Of a DNA stretch of 32,975 nt, positions 8,488 to 17,847 are shown piece after piece. Within the stretch, counting starts at the first letter, position 1. Every line of letters starts with the position of its first letter. The translations under genes were made by a program, and so were the position numbers. The DNA lies in the IMG/VR virus record IMGVR_UViG_3300045580_000406, positions 1-32,975 of that record. One strand, 5' to 3'. Source of the stretch: a virus (lineage: Duplodnaviria; Caudoviricetes). The notes beneath the pieces are model-generated. The model did no database searches, was not told where the DNA came from, and was given only the letters and a program-made list of their open reading frames with translations.

Positions 8488-8900
8488 ACCAACTCCGTCG
8501 CCCACGAGTGCTTGTCAAGAAGAATCGGTGCTGAACCGATTGAGTAACTCTCTAGACCGTCGTCAGCGAGGATGTAGAGATACTCTGCCCAACCGAATTC
8601 CTTGTCGTCTTGTGTGAAGATCGGATCATCCGCTGACACGTCAAGGTGTGCGATGCCGTAGCCCTCAACCAACTTGAAGCGGCCGTCTTGCTGGATGTCA
8701 GGAAGCGCGGCGGCACTCGGGTCAATGGAAGACCACGAGTAATGATCGTGGATGATCGTCTGTCGGACTTTCTCTAATCCGTCGCGCAAGACGAGGGCGA
8801 GTAGGTCACCGACTTTTGAATCTGGGTAGCCATCCCAGTGGCAGTATCTTCCCTGCCATCCAGTTGCTGTTGGCTCTGCGATGAGACATCTTGTCGCCAT
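8484..8900 (-). CDS. conserved phage hypothetical protein (YCHWDGYP family)
   Basis: MATRCLI...RYCHWDGYP...AEYLY motif; start at ATG 8900. Confidence 0.7.
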   Translation of the reverse strand: MATRCLIAEPTATGWQGRYCHWDGYPDSKVGDLLALVLRDGLEKVRQTIIHDHYSWSSIDPSAAALPDIQQDGRFKLVEGYGIAHLDVSADDPIFTQDDKEFGWAEYLYILADDGLESYSIGSAPILLDKHSWATELV

Positions 8901-8901
8901 G

Positions 8902-9129
8902 TCACACCCCCTGGATGATGAGAGATGGCGTGGTTCCGAGCGAGTCACAGATTCGCAGGAAGGTTTCCATGTTTGGTGAGAAGTGACCGTTCTCAATGCG
9001 GTTTACCGTCTTGCGGTCAATGCCCGCGTACTCGGCGATTTCTTGCTGTGAAGCACCCTGCTCCAAGCGAATCTCTTTGAGACGCTTGGCGATGATTGCC
9101 GTGCGCTTTGCGTATGCCTTGCTTGCCAT
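8902..9129 (-). CDS. XRE-family HTH transcriptional regulator
   Basis: LKEIRLEQGASQQEIAEYAGIDRKTVNRIENGHFSP. Confidence 0.9.
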   Translation of the reverse strand: MASKAYAKRTAIIAKRLKEIRLEQGASQQEIAEYAGIDRKTVNRIENGHFSPNMETFLRICDSLGTTPSLIIQGV

Positions 9130-9398
9130 TAGTAATTACTCCAATCGTAGTTGTCGTTGAGTTCTTGGATTTCTTTGGTTGTTTTGCCAACAATCTCCAA
9201 GTTGTAATTGTTGACAATGACACCACAGCGGAGACACACGAACGTGCTTTCGTTCCACTCGCCGCCTATGACAGGCGAGACGATTGTTCCGTCGGACTTA
9301 CAGGAGAAGAAGCCGTCATAATCAGGCTGGTTCCCACACTCACAAATCCACCAATCTTCATGGGGGCAGTTCATGTACTTTTTCTCTGTGGTAGTCAT
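9129..9398 (-). CDS. putative zinc-binding protein
   Basis: CECGN and CLRCG; leaderless start 7 nt after the -10 of promoter 9406-9434. Confidence 0.7.
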   Translation of the reverse strand: MTTTEKKYMNCPHEDWWICECGNQPDYDGFFSCKSDGTIVSPVIGGEWNESTFVCLRCGVIVNNYNLEIVGKTTKEIQELNDNYDWSNY

Positions 9399-9458
9399 GG
9401 TACTTAGGTTATCGTTTATAACTGACACTCACAACCTCTTCCGCCACCGTTGGGGCTT

Positions 9459-9779
9459 TTATAGTTCATCCCAGTCATTGTCTGGGTACTCTGCTGCATG
9501 ACCGAACGCGGACATGACCAACCAGCAGCATCGAAGGACTTGACCGTCTGACCACTCTTCCGCTGCGAGATTTAAAATCAGCGCGCGTATACACACCAGT
9601 GCTGGGTCATTTGAGTTGAACATCAACTCGCTGAGCCGCGGCCAGTCGATCAGCCCCGTCATCAAGTCATCCATCTGCTGTCCATTGACGCCTTCTTCAG
9701 GGTTGTACGCCTTGTCGGCATTCATCAGCACACGGTTGATATGCCGATGAATGTCCGACGGCGTGATGTCAGTGGTCAC
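9459..9779 (-). CDS. hypothetical protein
   Basis: 106 aa; overlaps the upstream stop. Confidence 0.65.
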   Translation of the reverse strand: MTTDITPSDIHRHINRVLMNADKAYNPEEGVNGQQMDDLMTGLIDWPRLSELMFNSNDPALVCIRALILNLAAEEWSDGQVLRCCWLVMSAFGHAAEYPDNDWDEL

Positions 9780-10456
9780 TTGACGCTCTCTGCGTACTCG
9801 CTCATCGCCTTGTCACACGCTTCTGAAACGGTGAACAGGAGATAATGCTCCCAGTCAGAGAGGGCTTCGAAGTACTCGTCTTCCTTGTCTTCATCGCCCT
9901 CTAGGGAGTCAATCTTTTCCTTCCACTCACCTGACGGCTCCGTGTCGAAATCTGCGTCATGAACGATTTCTCCCTTGTGGAAGATGAAGTAGCAGGCGAA
10001 GAAGTTGGCTTCCTCTGTGCAGTGCATGGAGAAGATGAGATTCGGGAACAACTCCGAGACCTTGCGAATGAGACCAACGGGTGGCGACCATGCAGATTCG
10101 AACTTGATGTAGTAGGAAGTCGCTGATGTGTCGATATCCCGTTCGTCGAACTCAACACGGCATGCTCCCCATTTGGAGTCCCAGTTGGCGTGAGCCCACT
10201 CGTACCAGTCCTGAACGCCATACTTTTCTTGGTTGGCTTTCATCTTTTCTGCATGGGCGTCATCTTGGGCGTGACCGAATGAAGCCGTCGTCTCTTCCAG
10301 TTCTTTTGGAATCGGGAAGAACTGGTTGATGTCCCAGTCGATTCGGTCGTGAGAGTTCTCGGGTTGCGGACCCGTGTACCTCATCGCTTCGATGAATTTG
10401 CGAAGTTCTTGGGGTTCTCCACGAACCTCAAGATTGTTGTAGCACCAGTTAGGCAT
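9776..10456 (-). CDS. DUF1281/YubB ferredoxin-like domain protein
   Basis: MPNWCYN, WYEW...NWDSKW, FESAWSPP. Confidence 0.8.
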   Translation of the reverse strand: MPNWCYNNLEVRGEPQELRKFIEAMRYTGPQPENSHDRIDWDINQFFPIPKELEETTASFGHAQDDAHAEKMKANQEKYGVQDWYEWAHANWDSKWGACRVEFDERDIDTSATSYYIKFESAWSPPVGLIRKVSELFPNLIFSMHCTEEANFFACYFIFHKGEIVHDADFDTEPSGEWKEKIDSLEGDEDKEDEYFEALSDWEHYLLFTVSEACDKAMSEYAESVK

Positions 10457-10513
10457 AGTAAGTCCTTTGGTAGTGGTTGATGTTGATTACACCTTATCGG
10501 TTATAACCAGCAA

Positions 10514-10867
10514 TCACAACTTGGCACGGAACAATTTGCCCCATGCATTGCGCGCTGATTCGACAACCTGCTCCACCTGCTGGTTCTCGGACTGGGAGTC
10601 GATGGCAGGAGCCCCGCCGGCAGCTGGATCCTGAAGAAGAATTACATTCTTCCGCTCAAACCATTTAGTTCCAGTTCCCTTCGTCGGGGAGACGAGCAAG
10701 TCAAGGTGACCGTAACGAATACGGGCGTCAATGACCGTGCCTTCCACCTTCACGTCCATGTCGGGAATGGAGAAGAGAACCAGGATGCCCTTGTAGGCCC
10801 CGGTGTCGATCTTGCCATTCGCCGTACGGGCGTAGGTGAACGTTGGCTTTACTTCTGTTGATGTCAT
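10514..10867 (-). CDS. hypothetical protein
   Basis: RBS AAAGGAAG; promoter TTGTCA-17-TATCCT upstream. Confidence 0.7.
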   Translation of the reverse strand: MTSTEVKPTFTYARTANGKIDTGAYKGILVLFSIPDMDVKVEGTVIDARIRYGHLDLLVSPTKGTGTKWFERKNVILLQDPAAGGAPAIDSQSENQQVEQVVESARNAWGKLFRAKL

Positions 10868-10952
10868 GTTTTAACTTCCTTTGTTTAGGGGTTGATTATT
10901 TGTTGTAGGCGTCAGGATATGCCCTTTCCGCCACCGTGACAACTTGGTGTGG

Positions 10953-11453
10953 CTAATACCACGCCTGTAGACCGCCACAATATTCCGCGCTCCAACGCAG
11001 ATACCAAATGGCATGCCTGACTTCGTCATCAAGGCTGCCCCCCGTTTCATCAAGTACACGCCCACCCATTTCGTAGAAGGCGTCTTCCATGATGTCCGCA
11101 AGCTCCTCACATTCAGTGGGGGACTTGAGAGTTCCGTCGGAGTTTTCTCCGTAGAAATTAAATTCGTCGTCGTTCAGACCCAGCCGTTCAATGAGCCAGT
11201 TGCCGTACTTGCCGCGATACCAGCAGTCAGTACCGAACATCCCGTAGACCTCGCCACCGCCTAGATCTGTTTTCTCGCGAGCATTCTTGTAGGGACATCC
11301 GCTGGCAGCTTGCGTGAGGAAGCAATTGACGCGCATCATGGTCTCGCCATCCTCTTTAAGGATTGGGTTACCGTCTTTGTCGCGGACCGGTTCCATCACA
11401 GCAGTCCCGCCGGACTTACACGGGTAAACGTTTGGCATGTTGTCTAAGCCCAT
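10953..11453 (-). CDS. hypothetical protein
   Basis: Start MGLD at 11453 overlapping the upstream TGA. Confidence 0.7.
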   Translation of the reverse strand: MGLDNMPNVYPCKSGGTAVMEPVRDKDGNPILKEDGETMMRVNCFLTQAASGCPYKNAREKTDLGGGEVYGMFGTDCWYRGKYGNWLIERLGLNDDEFNFYGENSDGTLKSPTECEELADIMEDAFYEMGGRVLDETGGSLDDEVRHAIWYLRWSAEYCGGLQAWY

Positions 11454-11818
11454 CAGTCGTACTCCTCGCCTTCGTAGTCGGGATCCCACGCACGGAGTTC
11501 AGTCTCCGAGATGAACTGGATCGTTGCCGAAGCGATGCGTCCGTCAGGACTGTAGGTCACATAGACAGGATACGACCCGTCCCCGTAACCGCTGGAGACG
11601 ACGCATGCCGTACCCCCAGCAAGTTCACCGCACATCTTCTCTGACAGTGTTGCTCCGCATGCTCCGTTGTAGGAGAATGGGTGTCTTCCTTTGGTTGGTT
11701 CGAACTCCTCGCCGTCCTTGAAGTCTTTCACGTAGCACGGATCAACGAGCATTATCTGTCCGCTGTCCACCGCGCAAAAACCGACGAGTGTCCTTTCTTG
11801 GTTGTGTGTTTTTGTCAT
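11453..11818 (-). CDS. DUF4241-like protein
   Basis: VDSGQIMLVDPCY and SSGYGDGSYPVY motifs; leaderless start. Confidence 0.7.
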   Translation of the reverse strand: MTKTHNQERTLVGFCAVDSGQIMLVDPCYVKDFKDGEEFEPTKGRHPFSYNGACGATLSEKMCGELAGGTACVVSSGYGDGSYPVYVTYSPDGRIASATIQFISETELRAWDPDYEGEEYD

Positions 11819-11857
11819 GAGTTCACCTTATCGGTTATAAACCGCAATGCCAACCTG

Positions 11858-12118
11858 TCACTCATAATTAAATTCCCACTTGTGAACAGTCCACTCGTAG
11901 TGACCGAAACGGAGTATTTGTGACCACTCCTCAATTCCGTCCACATAGTAGAAGATCTCCTCGTCGGGCTTTCCGAAAGTGTCACCGACGCAATCACCAT
12001 CGGGGCTCTCGTACACTTCCTGTCCGAAGCTGACATAACGGTCAAGCATGTTGGTTGGTTCGTCGTTGAACGAGACAACGACCATTGCCCCAATGGGCAT
12101 CGGCGGCGAAGAAGCCAT
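11858..12118 (-). CDS. hypothetical protein
   Basis: TAATG coupling with the upstream gene. Confidence 0.6.
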   Translation of the reverse strand: MASSPPMPIGAMVVVSFNDEPTNMLDRYVSFGQEVYESPDGDCVGDTFGKPDEEIFYYVDGIEEWSQILRFGHYEWTVHKWEFNYE

Positions 12119-12462
12119 TAGATGTATGCCTCCGAATGTAAGAGAAGCGTGTCAGCAGTGCTGATGAACAGGTCGGTGTTCAGATCCTCAAACTTGCTGT
12201 ACGCAAAGATGGAAATTGCTGGCAGCGAAGTGAGCGGCTCGGAATGAATTGTTTTCCAGCCAACTTCTGTCCACACATCAACTTGTGCGTGACATTGCTG
12301 CTCGTATGTATCGCGCTCAATATAAACGCGAATGAGTTTGCCATTGACTTTCTTGAGTTCGGCATACTGCCAGCCCTGTCGGGTCTTGGTGAGTGTGTAC
12401 TCACGACCCGAAGTGCCGAAGACGAATATGCCTCCGTCTGTGGTTGGTGTTTTGGTTGTCAT
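12118..12462 (-). CDS. hypothetical protein
   Basis: Leaderless ATG 7 nt after the -10 of promoter 12470-12498. Confidence 0.7.
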   Translation of the reverse strand: MTTKTPTTDGGIFVFGTSGREYTLTKTRQGWQYAELKKVNGKLIRVYIERDTYEQQCHAQVDVWTEVGWKTIHSEPLTSLPAISIFAYSKFEDLNTDLFISTADTLLLHSEAYI

Positions 12463-12608
12463 GTACTGAACGATATCCGTTATAGGGAACAATCACAACG
12501 CGCTAAACAAATCTTTCCAAACACCAGAGCTGCCGGCATCTGGTAGCCCCGGTGCAGATCCTTTCCGCCACCGTCGCTTTTAGACGAATGATCGTGTATG
12601 CTGCGTGC

Positions 12609-12827
12609 ATGTCGGGACTTCAATACCACCTCTACACCTGTGAACTCTGCGAACATCCCATCTTGGATATCAAAGGAAATAGTTGCCTTCGCTTGGTAAC
12701 TGGCTGGGTGAGGGGATCGACGTCCCGCACTTTGGTTGAGTTGGTTGATGACCACTATCGCTACATCCATACTGTTTGCCTAGAGCAAGCGAAGCACAAG
12801 CCAGTTGGACAAGACAGTTTGTTCTAG
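12609..12827 (+). CDS. small putative zinc-finger protein
   Basis: CELC and HTVC; TATGCT 6 nt before ATG 12609. Confidence 0.55.
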   Translation: MSGLQYHLYTCELCEHPILDIKGNSCLRLVTGWVRGSTSRTLVELVDDHYRYIHTVCLEQAKHKPVGQDSLF

Positions 12828-12949
12828 ATCGGGGCTGCGCCTGATGTCCCCACACGCACACGGATAAATCTTTCTAGGCAGGTTGTTGTTACCCCCAATA
12901 ACCGATAACCTGAACTTCACCTACAAGAGACACCGAAGGGGGTGAACAT

Positions 12950-13348
12950 ATGTCTACCAAGCAACTTTCTGCCGTTGCTCGTCAATATCTCAGCGCATTA
13001 CAGGCGTTGGAGAGTGCCGAGAAAGCCGTCGCTGTTGCGAAGGAACTGCTTACCGAAGCGTACTCCGAGAACGGAGTGAACTCTGTGGAAGCAGAAGGCA
13101 AGAGCGTAATGCTCATTGAGGCTGTCCGTCGCAACTTTGACGCACAGGCGTTGGAAACGCTCATCAGCGCAAAGACCTTCCGTGAAGTCACGAAGGTCGC
13201 CGTTGAGCCGAAGTCATTTGACAAGGCTCGCAAGGCTGGCGAAATCAGCGAGGAAGTGGAAACGGCTGTCGTAAAGCCGAGCCCATACACTCGCATTGTC
13301 GTCAAAGACCTTGCCGAGAGCGCAAGCCTGACTGCCGAAGCGGTCTAA
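12950..13348 (+). CDS. hypothetical protein
   Basis: Family-A promoter plus RBS GGGGGTG. Confidence 0.75.
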   Translation: MSTKQLSAVARQYLSALQALESAEKAVAVAKELLTEAYSENGVNSVEAEGKSVMLIEAVRRNFDAQALETLISAKTFREVTKVAVEPKSFDKARKAGEISEEVETAVVKPSPYTRIVVKDLAESASLTAEAV

Positions 13349-13356
13349 CACCGACT

Positions 13357-13381
13357 GGGGTGGGGGAACAACTCCCACCCC
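13357..13381 (+). terminator. GC-rich hairpin after gene 12950-13348
   Basis: GGGGTGGGGG-aacaa-CTCCCACCCC; no U-tract. Confidence 0.45.
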
Positions 13382-13575
13382 TACGGGTGAGCCCAGGCTT
13401 TCTGGTAGCAACGGCTGTTTCTGGATCAAACGCGAAAGCTGGGCTGTCGGCACGCACGCGTGGCGCACGAGGGAAATCGGCGCAGAAATCTTGCCCGTCA
13501 GGTTGTGGTTATGGGTGATAACCGATAAAGTTCATAGTGCCATAAACCAACCACAAGAAAGAGGGGTAACACCTA

Positions 13576-14004
13576 ATGGCATCAAGAGGAATAAGCGTGA
13601 AGGTCTCCACCGAAAAGGTGATAGAGGCTCTTCAGAACTCGCTCGCAGAGCGAAAGAAGCGAAAGGCTGAATACGACAAAGAGCAGAAAGCCTACGAGAA
13701 GGCAAAGGAAGATGCGAACAAGAAACTGCTCGCACTCATCAAGACGGGCAAGGTCTCCATTGGGGACATTGACGAAAACCATTTCTCGTGGCGCAGAGAC
13801 CGTGATGATGTCGTCACCTTCTCGGTGGAAGTCAAGGTCGCAAAGAAACTGCTCGGTGTTCCTGAGGAAGCACCTGAAAATCCGTTCGGCTACTCGTACA
13901 AAGAGGACAACGAAGCCATTGAGAACGCTATCCGTATTCTCAAGATGACTGACGAGGAAACGGTGAACACAAGCACCTACTCGGCAGTAGCCAAGTTCAT
14001 CTGA
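13576..14004 (+). CDS. hypothetical coiled-coil protein
   Basis: Family-A promoter plus RBS GAGGGG. Confidence 0.75.
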   Translation: MASRGISVKVSTEKVIEALQNSLAERKKRKAEYDKEQKAYEKAKEDANKKLLALIKTGKVSIGDIDENHFSWRRDRDDVVTFSVEVKVAKKLLGVPEEAPENPFGYSYKEDNEAIENAIRILKMTDEETVNTSTYSAVAKFI

Positions 14005-14155
14005 CCCCCAACAGATGAGGGCAAGGGGGGTGGGCAACCACCCCCTAGCCCGTCAGCCCCGACTGACGGATAGGTTTCTTCAGCGGGCAGGTTGTGATTA
14101 TTAGTCATAACCGATAGAGTGAAACTACAACCAACCGACAACAGAGGAGAAAGAA

Positions 14156-14674
14156 ATGGGTATGGATGTAATCGGAATGAACGCCACTTCAGAGAAGGGC
14201 GAGTACTTCCGAAACAATGTGTGGTGGTGGCGACCCTTGTGGAACTACTGCCTAGAACTTCACGGCGATATCGCTGGTCGTGTGGAGTACGGTCACTCAA
14301 ACGACGGTGACGGTCTTGACGCAGACGACAGTCGTGCGCTGGGGCTTCGCTTGCTGGAAGATGTCAAGTCAGGTCGGACAGCAGAGTACAAGACCGACTA
14401 CGACAGGGAACTGTCTGAACTTCCACGAACGAAGTGCGACCTGTGTGAAGGCACGGGTATCCGAACCGACAAGGTTGGCAAGGAACACGGGATGCCCGAG
14501 CAGGAGTTGGGCGAGGCAGAGGCGATCATCTTGGGTCGCACTCACGGTTCTTGTAACTCGTGTCACGGCTACGGCACAATGGCGAACTGGCTCACCCACT
14601 ACCCGTTTGAGGTGGACAATGTGCGTGAGTTCGCAGAGTTCCTGTTGGACTGCGGTGGCTTTCAGATTTGCTGA
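14156..14674 (+). CDS. hypothetical protein with DnaJ-type CxxCxGxG zinc motifs
   Basis: CDLCEGTG and CNSCHGYG; promoter plus RBS GAGGAG. Confidence 0.75.
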   Translation: MGMDVIGMNATSEKGEYFRNNVWWWRPLWNYCLELHGDIAGRVEYGHSNDGDGLDADDSRALGLRLLEDVKSGRTAEYKTDYDRELSELPRTKCDLCEGTGIRTDKVGKEHGMPEQELGEAEAIILGRTHGSCNSCHGYGTMANWLTHYPFEVDNVREFAEFLLDCGGFQIC

Positions 14675-14681
14675 GGACACA

Positions 14682-15002
14682 ATGACGAGCCCAGTAGACG
14701 AAGCGTTAGAACTCGGAGTTATCGCACGGAAACTCTATCTTGCGCTTCGTCATACTGACTGCCTGTGCGTTGAGACTGAGGAGTACAAACTCTACAACAC
14801 GGTCAAGGAGTGGTTTCTTGCGAAGAACTATCCAAACTCCACGCCTGAGGAGATGAGTGGCTATCGGCTCTTGTACCTTCTCAACCACCCGTTTGAGGGA
14901 GAGCAGGTTCAGCAGACTTGTGACCGTTGCTCGGCTATGGAAGCCTACGAGGGCTTCATTGGAGAGGAACATCTCAACCTGTACCTAGAGGGCAGGGAGT
15001 GA
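14682..15002 (+). CDS. hypothetical protein
   Basis: RBS GAGGA before ATG 14682; CLC and CDRC. Confidence 0.65.
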   Translation: MTSPVDEALELGVIARKLYLALRHTDCLCVETEEYKLYNTVKEWFLAKNYPNSTPEEMSGYRLLYLLNHPFEGEQVQQTCDRCSAMEAYEGFIGEEHLNLYLEGRE

Positions 15003-15125
15003 GCCCCGGATCTGAGCTGGTCTTCCGCCACCGTCGGTCTTAGCGCATAAGAGAGAACGCAAGTGGGTTTGCTGGGCTTGTTACCACCCAGACGGAAATC
15101 GGAAGTTGAGCGAAGGTCACTCAAC

Positions 15126-15161
15126 CCATTTAGCACTAAGTCGCCATTTAGTGCTAAGTCG
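15126..15161. repeat. tandem 18-bp repeat forming a CIRCE-like inverted repeat
   Basis: CCATTTAGCACTAAGTCG followed by CCATTTAGTGCTAAGTCG. Confidence 0.7.
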
Positions 15162-15238
15162 TGATATATCTCGTGCGTCAGGTTGTGACTGTCAGGGATA
15201 ACCGATAGATTTACAAGTACCAAACGAAAGGGGCAAAT

Positions 15239-15496
15239 ATGCCATCAAACGAAGACATCATTGAGAAACTCCGCCGAGAGCGTGTGGAGCAACTCCCAGA
15301 ACTGTGGCTCGCAGCCTGCGAAATCCACAAAGACGAGAACAGCAACCTGCGCTATGCGCTGGAAGCGATCATCTCCTACTTGGAGACCCGAGATGGTGGC
15401 GACGCACTCCTGCGAGAGATGGAGCGAGATGTCCGTCTTCGCATCAGTCGCAAGGTCATGCGTGATCGTCAGAAGGCAAAGGAGAAGGTCGCATGA
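15239..15496 (+). CDS. hypothetical protein
   Basis: Family-A promoter plus RBS GAAAGGGG. Confidence 0.75.
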   Translation: MPSNEDIIEKLRRERVEQLPELWLAACEIHKDENSNLRYALEAIISYLETRDGGDALLREMERDVRLRISRKVMRDRQKAKEKVA

Positions 15497-15672
15497 GCGA
15501 AAGCGAAATCTTCATTGGCTGTTGCGAGATGGAGACCATGACATGGGCTTGCGGGACTTCCGCGACGCTCGTCGGCACTCATGTCCGACCCAACCCTGAA
15601 GTCAGCGACCAGACCGAGTACCGCTATGTCTGCTTGGACTGCGCTCGTATGTTTGGCGAGAGGGTGGCGTGA
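15493..15672 (+). CDS. small Cys-rich protein (59 aa)
   Basis: Not in ORF track; ATGA overlap; MSESEIFIGCCE...YVCLDCARMFGERVA. Confidence 0.55.
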   Translation: MSESEIFIGCCEMETMTWACGTSATLVGTHVRPNPEVSDQTEYRYVCLDCARMFGERVA

Positions 15673-15893
15673 TGAGAAGCTCCGCCGCCGAGAGCCCCGG
15701 CTCTCAAACCGTCGTTGCGAACCTGCGCTGGAACACCCAAAATGTCCCAGATATGCTCAGCCTGAACTTCTACACGCCATCAGAGATCGGCGGGGCTCGG
15801 GTCGTGGACTGGGGCGCAGACCGTGTTCTGCTCGTGCTGGGTGACGGTCGCAAGGCGGTCGTGAACCCAAAAGATGTAAAAGTTTGCCCGTAA
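15672..15893 (+). CDS. hypothetical protein
   Basis: TGATG coupling with the upstream ORF. Confidence 0.5.
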   Translation: MRSSAAESPGSQTVVANLRWNTQNVPDMLSLNFYTPSEIGGARVVDWGADRVLLVLGDGRKAVVNPKDVKVCP

Positions 15894-15960
15894 GGTTGTG
15901 CCTGATAGGGATAACCGATAGAGTGGAACTCAACATCAACCGAGTGAAAGGATACACTCA

Positions 15961-16395
15961 ATGTCCATAATCCACCTAGCCGAACGGGTTGATGAACTCG
16001 TTCGCTTCTCACCTGATGAGAAGGAAGCGCACCTGCTCGCCGTGTACGGCGACGACCCTGCCGAAATCAACGACGCAACCGTCGTGAAGGCACTCAGTCA
16101 CGGAGATGTGTACGAACTGCTGGAAAGTCCGTTCGCAACCGTGACTGCGTCAATGGCAGACCTCGTCGCTATCGTCACCTGCGGTTGGGCTGCGCCTATC
16201 ACAAGCGACGAAGATACGAGTGAACTCGCACCTTCTCAACACCCTGAGCGTCGTCGTGTCCGACTGGTCGTGTGTGCGACCCGTGAACACACCGCAAGCG
16301 TTCTGCGTTTCTCAGATGACTGGGATAACCCGATTACCGACGAAGGTCACGCTCGTGGCTCGTTGGCAGACGCAGTCCGAAGCCTGTTTGAGTAA
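15961..16395 (+). CDS. hypothetical protein
   Basis: Promoter plus RBS GAAAGGA; APSQHPERRRVRL motif. Confidence 0.75.
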   Translation: MSIIHLAERVDELVRFSPDEKEAHLLAVYGDDPAEINDATVVKALSHGDVYELLESPFATVTASMADLVAIVTCGWAAPITSDEDTSELAPSQHPERRRVRLVVCATREHTASVLRFSDDWDNPITDEGHARGSLADAVRSLFE

Positions 16396-16593
16396 CTAGC
16401 CCAAACAAGAGCCACCCGTCGTTCACCCCCTGAACGGCTGGTGGCTCGGCTTTGCGCCCCGTGTTTTAGTTTGGGGTTTCCGCCACCGTCAGTCTTAGGG
16501 ATATGTACACGCTCAGCGTGGGTTTCGGGGCTTGCTGCAGCTGTCCCTGCTGCGCTAGTTGCTACTGTGGGGCATAACCGTTACAATGGTCGT

Positions 16594-16746
16594 ATGAAAC
16601 GACTATCGTGGAACAAAGAAGATCGCCAGGCGTTTGCGGATGGCCCCGCAAAGATGCGAGCAAGCACAATACCCGACAAACGCAAGCAAAGAAGCAAACG
16701 CGCTTGCCGGGACTTCCATCTGAGATCTTCTGGCGAACTCGGATAA
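16594..16746 (+). CDS. small basic protein (50 aa)
   Basis: Leaderless ATG 6 nt after TACAAT. Confidence 0.6.
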   Translation: MKRLSWNKEDRQAFADGPAKMRASTIPDKRKQRSKRACRDFHLRSSGELG

Positions 16747-16814
16747 ATCTGCGTACGAGGTTGCCATTGGCAGGGATAACCGATAAAGTGAAATCAACCA
16801 AGAAAGGGGAAACC

Positions 16815-17162
16815 ATGAAAGTCGGGTTTGGAAGTTCTAAGCACCAAATCAACTCGCTAGAGCGAGAAGGTCGCCCGTGTGACCCACAGGTAATCCTGAG
16901 CCAAATCGGGAAAATGACCGTTCTAGCCGTCAGCGGCGGGCGTGTAATCGCACTCAAGGACAAAGACGGAAACCATGTCGGAGTGGCGTTGTTCGTCACG
17001 GAGAAACGACGCATTGAGGTGATCTACAACTGGTGGGACACCTACGACGTGACCCGTATTCACACGGACAAAAACGGCACGGAGACCGTAGAAGCATGGG
17101 ACACACTCGTCTACTGCGACCAACTTGAGCAGATGGTGTGGAAAGCGAGCGTGTGGGAATGA
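16815..17162 (+). CDS. hypothetical protein
   Basis: Promoter plus RBS GAAAGGGG fix the start at 16815. Confidence 0.75.
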   Translation: MKVGFGSSKHQINSLEREGRPCDPQVILSQIGKMTVLAVSGGRVIALKDKDGNHVGVALFVTEKRRIEVIYNWWDTYDVTRIHTDKNGTETVEAWDTLVYCDQLEQMVWKASVWE

Positions 17163-17329
17163 CACTCAAACTATTGCCACCCGTCTACGCTTGGCAGTCG
17201 TGGGGCGAGGGTTACAACCCGACGGATGCCGAACTCGGGGCTATGTCTGAAGAGGAGTACGACGCTTACATTGACCGAGAAATCAGAACAGCAAAGCAGT
17301 TTCACCCAGCACAAGGAGCGAGGAAATGA
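17159..17329 (+). CDS. hypothetical protein
   Basis: ATGA overlaps at both ends. Confidence 0.6.
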   Translation: MTLKLLPPVYAWQSWGEGYNPTDAELGAMSEEEYDAYIDREIRTAKQFHPAQGARK

Positions 17330-17565
17330 ACACAGAAATAGAGTTCAGCGACTGGATCACCATTGGGATCAAGAACGGTTGGTGCGGAGCCCCGGTTTGC
17401 TCCACACACGACGGCATCCCTCAAAGTCGTGAAGAGGACGAGGCGTGGGATGAGGGTTCAGACCCGTGCGTTCACATTGTTCGCCTATACTCGGACAAGG
17501 ACGAAAAGACAGCCGTTGAGGAAAACCATGCCCCTTCGGTTTGGCGAGACCACTACACGAGGTAA
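17326..17565 (+). CDS. hypothetical protein
   Basis: RBS GAGG; GWCGAPVCSTHDG motif. Confidence 0.7.
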   Translation: MNTEIEFSDWITIGIKNGWCGAPVCSTHDGIPQSREEDEAWDEGSDPCVHIVRLYSDKDEKTAVEENHAPSVWRDHYTR

Positions 17566-17570
17566 CCGAG

Positions 17571-17810
17571 ATGGCGGAAAAGCAATACGGGGCTAACGGC
17601 ATGTACTACACGTACAACGACTTCCTGCAAGATGTCCACAAGATGTTCAGAGAGATGAAGGGTCATTGGCGCATTGGGCAGTGCTTCTTTAACTCGCTGC
17701 GCGACAAGCGCCCCGCCCTTGCCGAACAGCTCAGGGGCAACTCGCTTGACCCGTTCCACAAGGAAGTGCTGTCAGATGAACTTCATACTTGGATGAGAAG
17801 CAACTGGTAG
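17571..17810 (+). CDS. hypothetical protein
   Basis: RBS GAGGT; WRIGQ.FFN.L...DPFH motif. Confidence 0.65.
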   Translation: MAEKQYGANGMYYTYNDFLQDVHKMFREMKGHWRIGQCFFNSLRDKRPALAEQLRGNSLDPFHKEVLSDELHTWMRSNW

Positions 17811-17847
17811 GTTGTGATTAGCGGTTATAACCGATAGAGTTATACGC

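Noticed and set aside
14280-14681. N-terminal extension of ORF 14280-15002
   Set aside because: Overlaps 14156-14674 out of frame; the RBS supports ATG 14682
16608-16814. N-terminal extension of ORF 16608-17162
   Set aside because: Runs through promoter 16761-16789; the RBS supports ATG 16815
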